From Schizochytrium sp. TIO01 (Eukaryota > Protista > Bigyra: Labyrinthulomycetes), in contig SMSO01000034.1 of assembly GCA_004764695.1 (NCBI GenBank), forward strand, positions 3,906,001 through 3,970,000: a DNA stretch of 64,000 nt, read 5' to 3'. The notes beneath the pieces were generated by a model that was given only the letters and a program-made list of their open reading frames with translations, searched no databases and was not told where the DNA came from. How positions within the stretch are numbered: position 1 is the stretch's first letter; the number at the start of each line of letters is the position of its first letter. The translations under genes and the position numbers were made by a program. Of this stretch, positions 43,991 through 57,469 are shown in pieces.

Positions 43991-44410
43991 AGATGCTGAG
44001 AGATCTCCAATCGAGGGAGCTAGTGGACAAAACATTGCTAGAGTTCTTGGTGTCCCTTTGTAAAGACCTCATGGAGATATGGCTGACAATAGAGCAGAAC
44101 TGGACTAGCAGACTTACTTGGTTGAGAAGCAAAGAACCAAAAGTATGACTAAATTTTCCTTAAAACCAAGAATTCTGCAACTTGGATTGATTGATGAAGA
44201 TGTTGAAATGATTTAACCCCGTCAAGTACATCTAACACAGTTCAAGAATGTCCCAGCCTCCGAGTTACTACATACATCAGTCTGCTCTCGACTTTGTTTT
44301 CAGGACAGCAATTCGCTAACTCTTAAAATAAACCTTCTTAAAGCCTTCATCATGACTCTTGCCTTCATTTTTATAGTCAACCTCCAGCCGACCGAATTTA
44401 GCTTTCAGCA
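43991..44410 (-). pseudogene. Dispersed decayed coding fragment, copy 2 (homologous to 8994-9400)
   Basis: Minus-strand peptides LLKAKFGRLEVDYKNE and YKGTPRTLAMFCPLAPSIG match copy 1; multiple stops and frameshifts. Confidence 0.7.
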
Positions 44411-47400
44411 ATAAAGCATTCAAAGAGGACGTTTGGTTTATATTAAATAAGAATAGACAAATAAATTGTGGTGTCCAAACGAAGTGAAACACATCAACGT
44501 GTGGGCGAACATTACTCACCCCGTTGTGAGCGATTGTTAACTCGTCCTGGAAGTACTAGCATAATCCTACTGTCACTACTCCAGAGAAGTTTGAGCCAAT
44601 GACCGTGGGCCTTTCACTCACTATGCCTAGCACAGAGTACAAACTGTGTGCCCTCAATGGCACATAGCGGTGATAAAGATCACTATAACACATATCTTGT
44701 CTCTTCACAATTTCGAACTTGTGGTTTTTAATTACAGCATTCTTATGTCAAGTTCAAGTGTAGTTGCATCTTTTAATAACAGTTATCATTAAAAGCTTCC
44801 TCGCCAGCTGCTTATAGCTTCTCTATAGATTTTTAATTTGGACTATAATAGTTGCATATATTTTCTTCTTTTTCAAGGTCGAGGATGCTGCATTCCATTT
44901 TCCACACCATTGAATTATTTTGCGAAAAGATCTGAAAGTCAGACGCGGCGAAGGTTTTGTTTTGAGATCTTACATTTTGAAACATTCTGAAATCAGCTGA
45001 TCATGGGTAAACTTATTTTCGCATTCATTTAATTCCATATTTGAACTAATTTGGCAAAAGGGTGTTAGTGAGAATAAATTCAGCAAATGATGATGATGCA
45101 AGGCCTCGACATTTTGTTTTTTTGTTTTTTTATTTTTCATCGATACTCACTGCCAAACTTTTCAGACCCGGAATGAACAAAACTTGATAAAAAATAGACT
45201 TGACAAAAATCTACCTTGGTCTGATATTTGGAATTGTTCCTGTTTATCGCCATCATGCAAATACTAAAAAAATAGTAAGTAGGTAGGTAGCTAGATAGTA
45301 ACTGAAAGGTACTGGGAAGAGAAACTAAGACAGAACAAACAAGTTGTAGGAACGATAAGATCCCAAGATAGTCTATAGAGTAGATAAAGGTCTCAGGTGA
45401 AACTTTCAAGAATCGCCAAACAGATGTTTTAGTATCTGATCGACTTTAACGCAAACAACTTCTGTGTGTTTCCCGTTTCTGTTCAATGTAACCTAGTCCA
45501 CCCTTCATGACTTGTCAATCGAATATTATGTAGATATGAAGCCATAAGCTCAGGCTTAAGAGATGGCCAATGCTCTGGAAACGATGACGGTACTAGTGTC
45601 TACTCTTACAGAGACATTTCCATCTCAGTACCGTGAGAGCCTAGTCAAAGATTAACAAAAGTTTGGAGTATCCTATGCTTCTGACACGGTGGGTCCGCTT
45701 TGAGAAGTGAACGCTCAGTGAAAATCAGTGGTCGCAAGAAGGAGCGTGACAGTGTTTACAGCTTACGTGATAATATACCGAGTAGTTAGTAGTGCTGCTA
45801 GTACCGATTCACAGTGTCACCTTTTAAGGCGGCATGAGTCACAGGCCCAAACATGGAAGAAAGTGTCCTTCATCCTCCTCATCAGACTTTCGACAAACAA
45901 GACTTGGTGGTAAGTCATGAAGGTTCAGAAGGTTTCAAAGTGAGCGAGCGTGAGCGATTATAAAGAAAGTCAGGAGCGCCGTCAATAAATTCGATGTTGT
46001 TCTCTTCTTTTTTGTAACCAGCCCTTCACAAGAAGAAGAAGAAGGAGGAGGAAATGGAAGCTATATAGAAAGACCGTTCTTTTAATTCTAAAAACAAAAA
46101 CCTTCGTTTTCATTATTATTATTATTATTATTATTACTTTTCTTAAATTAATTTTAATTTTAAAATAACGCTACAAAACAAACTTGGCAACCAACGTTAT
46201 ATGTTATGTGCTGTGCTACTTGTGGTCGTGTGATCATTGCCTTTCAGCAGAATAACAAGCTCACGAATGCTAGTCTCCCAAAGCCCCTCTCCTTCCTATT
46301 TTAAAAAAAGAATTTATCACGTTGTACTTTTTGGAAACTTTGTGTCGTCAAGCCTAGTCAGTGCGGCTTCGAAAGAAGACCTCCAAAGCTAGCTAGCTTT
46401 GGCAAACTTGAGCGAGAGTGTTTTATTCTAAGCCTCCCAGGTTCTCCGTTAGCATTCTCGTTTGCAGGATCTCTATCTCTGCAAATTCAAGTTGTTTCGC
46501 TTCGCTTCGCATACCCAGCTAACCCTTCTTGGCCACTCCCCTAAAGGGCAGAAGGAGCACACTTCGGCGTGTTGCAGAGTTCTCATCCGGAGTCTTCTTT
46601 TCCGAGTCTTCTTTTCTCAACGCAAGACAGTCAACGATGCGCTGATCCACCTCAACATGGTAGCAGCGCAGCTCTTGGAGCGAACTTGAGCACGAGGCAT
46701 TTGCTTTGCAGCGGCCTCCTCAGGCCACCTCACTGAAGCGCCGGCCGGCTACAGGGCGCCGGCGCACACCACTCCAGCGGGATCTCCCTCGCTTCTCCCA
46801 GTTGACGGACAGCAGGACAGGTCGCTGCTAAAGAGCAACGAAGAACTGAGCTCCCGCGATCACCAATGAGTCAGACAGATGGCTGACTGCCTGCCTATGG
46901 CTCTGGGTATGTATGCATAAGAACATACATACAATGTACAGGCAGTATAGCTAGCTATCTCTTTATCTCCACAGAAGTAGTCTTGGCAAAGAAGTGCGCA
47001 CTCACGCTGTCAATAGCTAGGTACGGCTAGGTAGGTGGGTAGGACCTCCGTAGCGGCGCAATGTCGAGCACGGGAAAAGCGCGAGGAGCCTTGGTAGCTT
47101 GAAGAGTGTGCGAACACTGCTGTGCAGACGGTAGAGGAAAGAAATGATTGGTAGGACACGAGGTTGGAGAAGGAGTCCGGCTAGTATCTGCACAAAGAAG
47201 TGCTCGCCAGGACTGAGTAGCCAGCTGGCGACCTGGGGCGATCTTAGGCAGGGCTATGTGAGCTCATGATGCACGGTTTGCGACAGTTTGTAAGAACTAT
47301 GCAAGACTCGCTGCTGCGGAGTTTTCGCAGTAGGCACGGAGGTAGGCAGGTACGTACCTGCATGTCTATGAGTAAATGCAGTAATTTGATGATGACAGAA

Positions 47401-48360
47401 TTAACGGGGATACATTCATCTTGATAATAGATTAAGAGAGTTATAATTGGGGAAGGATTATTTTAAAGAAAATAGTTGATGCCATGGAGAGCAAGTGAAG
47501 AGAAGGCAGGTTGATGCTAATGCTCAAGAATGAGAAAAGTGAGACGAGACAAAACTCTGGTTTTACAATGAATAAAGAAAGGGAATACAGCTTTCAGGTT
47601 CTTGCTTTCTAATCAAACATGTGTTTGCTTTACAGCAGCATTATCATCTTACATGGGGGGTGCTATGTTTGATAAATTGGTTTTCAAAAGGGTGCGCGCG
47701 GGTTGGCCTTGTGATGTGTGTGTTTCCGAAGATACATACAAGTTGTAGTTCTTGGGATGGGTTTTCGATTATAGATAATCAACGTATCTTTCTCTAGATA
47801 GGTTCGGTCAGCTCTATGAGAGCATGCATTCTTGGCGCATTTGCGCTGCGAATGGACTTGATAGAAAAAGTAATAATTGCACTAAAGAAAGGGGTTTGTC
47901 TTCGTGCGCGCACACCGGAGGGAGACCTCCTTTAGGATAAAGAGAAAACAGGCTACTCGAGGAGCCAAGAATGGTACTAGTGCGGGCAAAAGAGAAGCGA
48001 TCAAACTACTCATTGGGCAAATGCAGAGAAAAATAGTGGGCACCAAATTGGGCCAACAGCCATCAGTTAGCTCTCCTACGTCTCTAATAGATCCCTGGGT
48101 TGCTCTATTATCTTTGTTTTGTTCCCTATCCTCCTTGATTTAAAAAGAATAGAAAAAGAAAAGACTTCCTCGCAGCTCTGACGATATCCCTCAACGTTGG
48201 CCGCTTGCCAACAAGAGCACACGATTATCAACTATTTGATGTTCTTACTGGTGACGTAGTGATTCTTTTCTTTGTTGTTGCTAGTGTTCATGCTCATGTT
48301 TGTTCTATTTGTTTATTCAGATATTGAAAGCAAATTTGCCAAACACATAGAGGTAGCACT

Positions 48361-50133
48361 CTAGCAGTATGCAGCGTCGTCGTTAGAGCGGCTAGTTTCA
48401 ACCAGAGTCGAGCGGGTAGGGTCAGTCACAGCACGTTGAAGATCAGGAGCCGAGTATCCACCAATGGGATCTTCAGAATCATAGTAAAATCCAGCAAAGA
48501 CGTCATCCCGGCGAGGGGGTACATAGTCGGGCTCCGCATCGAGGCGCTGCTGAGTAAACTCGGGGTCAAAATTGCATACAACATCGTCTGCGGGTGGACG
48601 AAAGGGTGGTGCAAGCTTGCGAGATGAAAGAGTAGTCCAGTCGATGCTTTGAAAGAATGGATGTTCCTCAATCTCCTGGAACCCGCGCTGGGACCCAAGG
48701 CGAGTCTGTGGGTTCCTGTCCAGCAGGCGTTCCACAAGATCACGGGCCTCAGGTGAAACATGGCGAGGGAACTCGAGAGTTTTGTTGAGAATACCATGCA
48801 CGACCTCGTTTTGATCGTATGAATAAAAGGGTGGAAGTCCCGTGAGAAGTTCGTAGATTACCATTCCAAGAGCCCAATAATCGACAGCAAATCCGTGCTC
48901 GTGATGCTTGAGGATCTCAGGAGCAAGGTACTCACAAGTTCCTGCAAGAGTATTTGATCCCGCGGTTGCAGAAAACACGCCATCCTGACAGAGGCCAAAG
49001 TCCGCAAGGTAAATGTGACCGTCTCCATCAAGGAGTAGGTTCTCTGGTTTGAGGTCGCGATAGATAAGTCCCTTGGCGTGAAGAGCATGGAGGGCGACGG
49101 AGATCTCTGCTGCGTAGAAGCGAGCCAAAACCTCAGGCAGACGTCCACGAATGCTGAGGTGTGTATAGAGCTCTCCACCCTTCATAAAGTCAAATACCAT
49201 GTAGAGGCGAGATCTGCTATGGAATGCAAAGCGCAAAGGTACGATAAACGGACAACGTTGTTCGTCCTCCTGCATTTCCACATTAACACGGAGCTCCCTT
49301 CGTGTGTTTGCCTCTTGTCTCTGGCGTAGCACATTCTCCTTCTTGAGCTGTTTCATCGCGTAAAGTACACCCGAGGACCTATGCTTCACCAGGTACACCT
49401 TTCCGTGGGAGCCTTTTCCGAGAACCCTAAGGATCTCGAATGATCTCAAGCTCACTGGTTCTCTTACAATTTCGCCGGACGATCCTGAAGATCCGCTCAG
49501 GACATCAGACGTGCTCCTTTGTGGTGGTGATTGTGTGCTGGATGGAGCTCTTGGTTTAACGCGCCTGGTCGGTTTTGCCTCATCGCTGTCCTTAAGGTCC
49601 ACCACAGACATTCGATTTGCGATATCCACAAGAGAAGCAGGCCCTGTGCTAGGTGAATTAAACCCCATGTTAGAAGCTACACCAGAGCTTGAGCCGGATG
49701 CCGATCCCAACGGCGTGCTGCATGTGCTACTGCTTGCACTTGAGCTCGCACTTGAAGGTGCATTGCACTTCATTTTGAGGATTCCTGTGTTGTTGTCATT
49801 CTTGATCGCGACGTTGTGCTCCAGACCCTGCTCAGCGAGGGCTTGGGCAAGGCGAGCTTCCACGCTGAGACCAGGCTCCCTGGGAGCTCGCTTTCCGCCT
49901 TTGCGCTGCTGGCCATCACGTCTTGCACTAGACATTGTTTGAGCTTTTGGTGAGGAGTCGTCATTATTATTCTTTGTCTCAACAGTGGAGCTGCTGTACA
50001 AACTCATACGGCTGGGACCCAAGCACTGTCTGTCTAGGGCCATGCCGGCTTCGAGAGCTGCCATGTTGTCTGCGCATGTCAAGGCAGGTGAGGCAGACCC
50101 TGTGCTCTCATGGCTGCTGCTGGAGGCACCCAT
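48361..50133 (-). CDS. AGC family Ser/Thr protein kinase (Akt/SGK/S6K-like), no PH/PX domain
   Basis: GKGSHGKV, YAMKQLKK, GGELY, YRDLKPEN, DFG, GTCEYLAPE, VDYWALG, GLPPFY, RLGS, HPFF, PPFRP, NFDPEFT and hydrophobic motif FAGFYY; start context caaaATG. Confidence 0.95.
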   Translation of the reverse strand: MGASSSSHESTGSASPALTCADNMAALEAGMALDRQCLGPSRMSLYSSSTVETKNNNDDSSPKAQTMSSARRDGQQRKGGKRAPREPGLSVEARLAQALAEQGLEHNVAIKNDNNTGILKMKCNAPSSASSSASSSTCSTPLGSASGSSSGVASNMGFNSPSTGPASLVDIANRMSVVDLKDSDEAKPTRRVKPRAPSSTQSPPQRSTSDVLSGSSGSSGEIVREPVSLRSFEILRVLGKGSHGKVYLVKHRSSGVLYAMKQLKKENVLRQRQEANTRRELRVNVEMQEDEQRCPFIVPLRFAFHSRSRLYMVFDFMKGGELYTHLSIRGRLPEVLARFYAAEISVALHALHAKGLIYRDLKPENLLLDGDGHIYLADFGLCQDGVFSATAGSNTLAGTCEYLAPEILKHHEHGFAVDYWALGMVIYELLTGLPPFYSYDQNEVVHGILNKTLEFPRHVSPEARDLVERLLDRNPQTRLGSQRGFQEIEEHPFFQSIDWTTLSSRKLAPPFRPPADDVVCNFDPEFTQQRLDAEPDYVPPRRDDVFAGFYYDSEDPIGGYSAPDLQRAVTDPTRSTLVETSRSNDDAAYC

Positions 50134-52145
50134 TTTGATCTAACTAGCGAGCCTTTCGTACTTATGACGCAAAAGACCTTTTAAATGTATGTATGTATGT
50201 TTATGAGTGTGTGCTGTCTACCTTTGAGGGAGCCTTGCTACGGCACTCAAGAGGCGACGCAGAGACCGAGAGAGAAGAGCGCCGCTACCCTGCGCGGCAA
50301 ACCCTTCCAGCTTGGTTTGCTGTTTGCCTGGCCCAGTTCCGAGGCACCGGGCAGGACTAGCCACGAGGAACAATATAGTGGTAATAAGATGTAGTATGTT
50401 CTTCACCAAAGGTGAGGAACCTAGCCGCTACGCCTGAATGACAGCAGCGGCAATTGAGGTTTGCTTTCTGATTCGCACCTCTTTTTTCTTTTATTCCTGC
50501 TTCTCTTCTTTTCTCTCCTAGTTTGCATAGGTAGCTAAAAGAAAATGTAATTCTCACTCTTCTTCTCCTTTTTTTTTTTTTTTAAATGTTGTATTTTAAA
50601 AACTTATATGCTTTTGGAATATCGAGTCGTCGGTCGCTCATCATCCGCTAAAGTCGATTCGATTAATTGCTCTTTCTTTTTGTTTATGTGAAACACATTA
50701 GAAAGTTACATGGCTATATACTTATTTTTTTTTCTTTTCTTTTCTCTTCTCTTTTAACCCTCTCTTTTTATTTTAAAAGAAGAGAAAAAAGGTTCTTCTG
50801 GCTTGCTTGCTTGTTTTCGTTTTCGTATTCTTAGAACTTGAAAAGAAAGTTTTCAATTTGAGAGAAACTCATGAAAATTGAGTTGTTAGTCGCTCGCTTG
50901 AACCGAATTCAGGAAAAAGAATTGAAAAGCAATCAAAGAGAGGCACAGGCGACGCAGAAGAACACATATTCATCTCGATGCCTTCTTTCTTTCTTCTTTT
51001 CGAGCGAAACAAGCAAAGGCGACAACGATGTTGATTACTGGCGCGCGTCGTGGTCCTCTCATCCATCATGCTCGTCTTCATCCAACAAACATTTCGAGTG
51101 ATCAATCCATCCATCCATCCATCCATCAATCAATCAATCGAATCCGTGGCAATAGGATTAAGGGGAGCAACTTCGAAGAGTGAACAGTTATAGTCAGTTA
51201 CTAAGTAGCTCTAGCTAAAGGAGCCAGGGAGAACTGCAAACAAATTCTTTCTTTCTTTCTCTCTTTCTTTCTCAGTCTGTTTCTCTGTTTCCTGCACATC
51301 CCGGACTCCTTTTCCCCGTTTCTTCTTGCCTTGTTGACGTCTCCGAATCCTGCGCAACTCCTTCAAAGCTACAGACAAACAGAGCAGTGTCTCGAAGACA
51401 CGCAAAGCCGACGCAGAGCTTGGCGCCCGCCTTGATCTGCTGCTCTTTAGCAACAACAGAGCGAGTAAATACGTGAGTGAGTGAGTGAGTGCGGAGTGTA
51501 GAAAAGTGACTGTTTTAAATCAGCAATGGAATTTTAACATTAGAATTTATAAAGCTCCAACAAGCGAGCAAGTGCGCCGAGAGCGGTCCATAGTGTCCCC
51601 TCTGACTTCTTCCCTCTGGCACGCTCGCATACATGATTCGCTGCTAGTAAGCGGTAGCTCGTGTTAGCACAAGAGATAACAAAGAAAAGAAAGAACCTCT
51701 GGTTGAAAGAACGGCGAAGGAAGGAAATAGGGACTCGCCTCTAGCTACTCTCTAACTAACTCGCAGAGGAGGCTGCTCGCTAGGCAGACGCCTAGGCATG
51801 GCTAGCAAGCGGCCTTCCTCCCTTCGCTGCCTTTCTTTTGTCTTTCTTTCTCCTTCCGCGCTGCTCTGAATGGGGAGGCACTGAGATTCATGTTCTGTTC
51901 TCTGCAAACGTTAATGAAGGAAAGACACGGCGTTGATCTCATCACGAGGCTTTGAGCATCTGGTTGATTCACTCCTCCATCCATCAATCAATCGCCTTTG
52001 AGAGACACGCCCGAACCTACGCCAAGTGAAAACAACAGTGAAGCAACAAAACCGTGACAAACATTTTTTTCATCTTTTGAACTAAACAATCAAAATCGTG
52101 GCGAACCTTTTTTAAAACTTAACTTTCTCCTTTTCATTAATTTAA

Positions 52146-52155
<10 letters not shown>

Positions 52156-52188
<33 letters not shown>

Positions 52189-52265
52189 TTCGCCATAATA
52201 CAATGATTGCCTCAAATTTGAAAAACCAATTTGAAAAACCAATTTGAAAAACCAATTTGAAAAAC
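52156..52265. repeat. Poly(A) tract followed by four copies of 13-bp AATTTGAAAAACC (52215-52265)
   Basis: Directly visible. Confidence 0.9.
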
Positions 52266-52409
52266 AAACTAGGGGGGGGATAAAGATTGCTTTTCGAAAT
52301 GGGGTTTATTTATACCACCACCTACCTGCATCATTTCAAATACAGCAATGAACGTGGCACTTATTGCGTTCTTTCCCTCAAAGACGCGCCTGCCTTTAGC
52401 AGCAATGAG

Positions 52410-52442
<33 letters not shown>

Positions 52443-53246
52443 CCTGGGAATTAATTGGCCTCCCGCTCTTCATCAACGCCAGCCAGCCAGCCAGCCTTCT
52501 CATCTCTTCTTTCGAGACGCCGGCACCGCCAAGCAAGCAAGCAAGGCAAGCAGGCAAGCGAACGAAGACAACCGCCCCAACCTGATCGCACACCCACGCA
52601 CGAACAAGCGAGCTCCAGCCGACGCCCGCTGAGGAAGGGCTACCCGCCTGCCTCGTCCGAGCGCAAAACCTCTGCAAGCGCCGCGCAAATCCCGCCTAAC
52701 CTCCCTACGTCGCTTCTCTTTTGACTGACTGAGCGGGTCACCACAACATCTCTCTCTATACTTGCTTGACCTGTCTATCTCTCTTTGAAACAGAGACACA
52801 CAGAGATAGAGTGAGAGAGAGAGAGGCAACGCGGCGGTGGGTAGTCAGGCGGTAGCCACTGCTAGTCCGCCTGGTTCGTGGCCTTTTCGAGCAGAGCAAC
52901 GACTGTATCAACGAGAACTCGCTCTGACTGAAGAAGAGGAAGAGCATCGAGGGTATGTATGTATGTATGTACGATATAAGTGACCCACCCATCCCTCCCT
53001 CTCGTCTATCAAGACTGACGCCGCCTTGGCTGTCTGTTTGATGGTTGTTCTGTGCTGTGATCATCCACGGTACGTGCCGTGCTCGCTCAGGCCATCCGGC
53101 TGTGAGCTCTAGCAGTGGGTAGGCCTCCCGTAGGATCTCTTGGTTCTTGGTCATTCGGGAGCAAAGGGGGGCGCGAATAGGAGCACTCGGTTCGCACATC
53201 TCGCGGGAGGGAAGGCGACCAAGCAAGCAAGCAATGAGAACGAACA

Positions 53247-53281
<35 letters not shown>

Positions 53282-53784
53282 ACGGAGACGCGAGAAGTCC
53301 AACAGGTCCGCAACTCCGGCGTCCTCCGGAGCGAGCGAGCTCAAATCGGCGTGCCTCCGCTCTTCTGTGCAAATTCTGAACGAATTACAGAATGAATGAA
53401 TGAATGAATGAATGAATGAATGAACGAATGAACGGCAGAATGGATGAATGAATTCTCTCGTCTTCACAGGTGCATGTCCATACTGTCGGAAGGATCCTAT
53501 CTTGAACTCAACGAAGAAAAACAAGGACAAGAACGAACATGAACAACAGCAGCAGCAGGAGGCCACCGCTTGCCTCGGGCCCCCCAGCGTTGATCTCACA
53601 TCATCGTAACCGGCAACTTTTGCAAGTTTCTCTCTGCTCCTGTGATCGAGCTGGAGAGGTTTGCGAAAGCAAATCTGCGTTGCGGATGACGACTGTACAA
53701 AGATCACTCAAGATCGATCAATGTAGGATTGACTGACTGACTGACCGACTGAATGAGTGAGTGAGTGAGTGAGTGAGTGAGTGA
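53247..53784. repeat. Microsatellite cluster: (CTG)n 53247-53281, (AATG)n about 53390-53430, (GACT)n/(GAGT)n about 53730-53784
   Basis: Directly visible; source of the poly-Q/A/C/L/S ORFs in the track. Confidence 0.9.
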
Positions 53785-55946
53785 GGTGCTTTTGACGCTG
53801 CCGCACAATTTCAAAAGAATGCCTCCCTGTCATTAAGCATGCATCTTGCCGGCCATGGGTAATGAGCAGAGCAATGCTTCGACCAGAAGGCGTTGCCGGA
53901 GCCGTGCCATGGCCATCAAGAACTGTCGAACTTCTCGACGCTGATTCCTGCGGCGTGAGAAGCAGCAGTGCAGACGGTCTCGGCATGCGCTCTCGGCAGT
54001 CGTCAATAAACGTTCATTCACTGCTTCGTTCATTCGTTCATTCGCAGACTCTCTGGTGGTTAGTACAACTTCACTAAAGCGCCTTAACAGTAGTAGTTCC
54101 TTTTCACGCATCGACTCCTGGTAGCATGTCCACGGAAAGAACAGAACAAACTCTTTCTCACAGAATCCGCAAACCCTTCCCTTTTTTTCTTTTTTTTTGG
54201 TTTTAGAAAATATCAAAAACATACATTAAAGAAATAAAACAAAAGAAAGAACTTCTTCCTGCTGAAAGTAGCACGCCAGTTACAGGTTTTATTTTATTTT
54301 TTATTTTCTATTTTGAGTAAAATGACAAAAAATGCAAAAGTAGGAAGCAAAAGGGCTGAGGAGAAGAAATAGTTGGAGTGGTTTCCCACAACTCACTAAT
54401 CCAGCAGTCTAGCTTGATCAATCTCAATCAGTCAATTAGAAAGAATGAAAGAAGCTGAATAAGAATAGTTAGGGCCCCAAATTAAAACAGAATCGCCTTC
54501 TGTGTTCCTTTAATATTGTCATCTAAGCAGTACCTACCTACTACTATACCTCCTTACTTACGCAGGACAAGTTTCCTTTTCTCCATCGTGAAACATTATA
54601 CGCACGGTCTGTGGTGGCCTCGGCACGTAAGAAGTGACAAAGTAAGCATGATCTGGACTCGCTGTCTCCTCTCTCTGGCCGCAATTACTTGATAGAGACA
54701 AGCAGCAGAGAACTCAGGCCATTTTAATTTTCTTTTCCTCGTGTATCCATGGATTCCATACGCTGTTTCAAGTTTGTTTCTTCCCTGATTGATTCTTCTG
54801 TCCGTGCCTAAACTTTCCCAGCAGAACCGCTGATCCGAACAGCGCCCGTCCATCTCGCCATGAACAGCTAGTTGGTTCCCCCAAAGCCCTACGTCTGCAC
54901 GCTGCCTCTGTCAGCCGCCTTCCTTCGCTTCATTCTACATTTCAAGTTGCGGTGACAGCAAACATTCATTCATCCATCATAGTCGTTTTCGTGAAAGTTC
55001 TCCTTTCCATGCAGAGCAAAATTCAATGCTGTTATTTTTGCTTTTCTACTCTAGAGCTAGCTAGTATTTCAAGAGAGAACACTTTCAACTTGGAGAGAGA
55101 AGCTGTGCTAATTTTGAAAAAAGGAATGTCTAAAAATTCTCAGTTGTTTTTATTATTTATTAGTAAATAAAAACGGGTCACGTGCCGCTCCGTGATTGAT
55201 TGATTGATTGCCTGTCTGCTGCTGCTTCTGTGGCGAGCCCTTGTTCGAAGGCTCTTGTCTCCGTCTGCTAGAGCGCTACAGTGAGAGAAAAGCTGACTAG
55301 CGAACCTGGGCTTTGGCAGCTCAAGCCTGTTTTTTCACCATCTCGCACTGCCTTTCACCATCAGTGCAGAGGCACGAGACCCTCAGCCGAGACTGGCGAA
55401 CGTTTATGGTCGTGCGCTTCTTTCTCTCTCTCTTCTGCAACTAACTTGTGGGCACCAACTAGCAGTTACTATTATCAGCAGGAGACAGCAGTGCAATTAT
55501 GTGGATAAAAATTTTAAAGCCTCGTTGTTCTTCTTTAATTTTAAAGAAGAATTTATAAATTTTGAAAGAATAACTGCATTTCCTGCCGCGTGCGGTGTTT
55601 CTTCGACTTATTCACTCACATTCGATTTCATCAAAGAAGAGTCGAATGGAGTTCTCCCTCTCCGCAATCACCATGAGGTCCATTCATACGCAGTAGCAGT
55701 GCATGACCCTTCACGCTCTCCTCTGTCGGCGGCGGTGCTCTCTGGCGTGAGTGAGCCTCGTGACATGTTTCAGAAACGCAAGCAAGTTTCTCTGGAATTG
55801 TCTTCTTCGCCATGCCGGGACAAAATAACATTCTTTCGTAGTGACCTCTTCTTCTTCTCCTTCTTTTTGGCCAATCGAACAGAAAGTTCTGTTGGTACAG
55901 CCTGACGAGATGACGAGATGGGCAGACATCCAAGTCTTCTGATGTC

Positions 55947-56171
55947 GAGTGAGTGAGTGAGTGAGTGAGTGAGTGAGTGAGCGGTACGTACCCTCGAACG
56001 CAGGATCGTTGTCCACAATCTGCGTTCCGCAGTACATCTATCTATCTCTCGACTGCTCAAAGCTTGCTGTGGCATGGCGTGGCATGGCGTGACGTGCGTG
56101 AGCTCTTGACAGCGGCGGAGAATGCCATCTCATCTTCGAGCTCGAAAGAATGCGCTGCGAAGGGCCTTTTG

Positions 56172-56246
<75 letters not shown>

Positions 56247-56270
56247 GCTTGCTTGCTTGCTTGCTTGCTT
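55947..56270. repeat. Microsatellite cluster: (GAGT)n 55947-55981, (TTTC)n about 56172-56244 abutting (TTGC)n to 56270
   Basis: Directly visible. Confidence 0.9.
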
Positions 56271-57434
56271 GAGCATCTGCTTGACTTGAGAAGAGGAGAG
56301 ATATATGTACGCGTAATTTCTTTGTAGCTAGACCAGAGTTCGCTTCGGCTGTGCTTTGCTTGCTTTGCTCACATCATGCACGTTTTTGTGAGGGAGAGAT
56401 CGCTCGCTTTGGCATTCATTAGCGGGATAGCTCGCAGGCGAGCTGGCTGCCTGGCTGCCTGGACGTGCCGGACCATGAATGAGCGTGTCGCTGCGAGTGC
56501 AGAAGTGATCCGCGCGACATGGGCGGCTCAGAGCCCATTCTGCGTCTCCTCGCAGGAATCGAAGCGAGCGTATTCTCTCTTGGGTTCAACTTGATCTTTG
56601 ATCCTTCTTCTTTCTTTCTTTCTTTCTTTCTCCCTCAGCCTGAACCCTCGGACTCCCACCGCCTCCTAGGGTATAGGTTGAGAGGCCGACTATCGCTCGC
56701 TAAGAACGATCTTCCATCAATCTACTTGACTGGGAGAAGAATCCCATCATCGCAGACCAAATGCAAAGCTTTGGCGTTTCCTTCATTCTTGCTCGCTTCC
56801 TTGCTTCCTTGGAATCGCTGATAATTGTCCAGAGAGATGATCGAAAATGGCGTGATACTTTCTTTAACTGCATTGACAGGTCGGCCTACTACTGATCACG
56901 AAGGGCTCGAAAGACATGCCTGTAGCGCAGCGATGAGTTGCGGTGGGATGTACATCATGGTCCAAGCACCTTGAATTAAGCACGCATGTCCAGTCAAGCG
57001 CCTGCCTTGACCTTTCTAAAAATATATAGATACAAGAACTTAACTTAACTTTTTTTGAATTAAGTTTAGTTAGTTAGAAGCAAGCGTGGCAAACGCACAC
57101 TGCTCAAACCACTCACTACCTCTTCTTATGAACATAAAAATCAATAAGTAGTACCTGGAAGTAGCACCCTCACGTCTCGTAAATAGAACACTAGCTAGCT
57201 GCCTATCTAGCTAGTGTCCGCCTAGGACTTGAGATGATAAGGAAAGCAGGTGAACTTGAAGAGAACCTGGAAAGAGACGGAGTTCTGCTCACTCGTAGAG
57301 GAGGGCTAGCGTTTGTAATAGAACCGCGAAAATGTTTAGGCAAACCGTGCTCTTTTAATTGGATTTGGAATTTGGAGAAAGTTTTTTGAAAAAGTAAACG
57401 CTGTCGAGTTCCAGTGAAAAGAAGAGAGGAGAGA

Positions 57435-57438
57435 GAAG

Positions 57439-57469
<31 letters not shown>

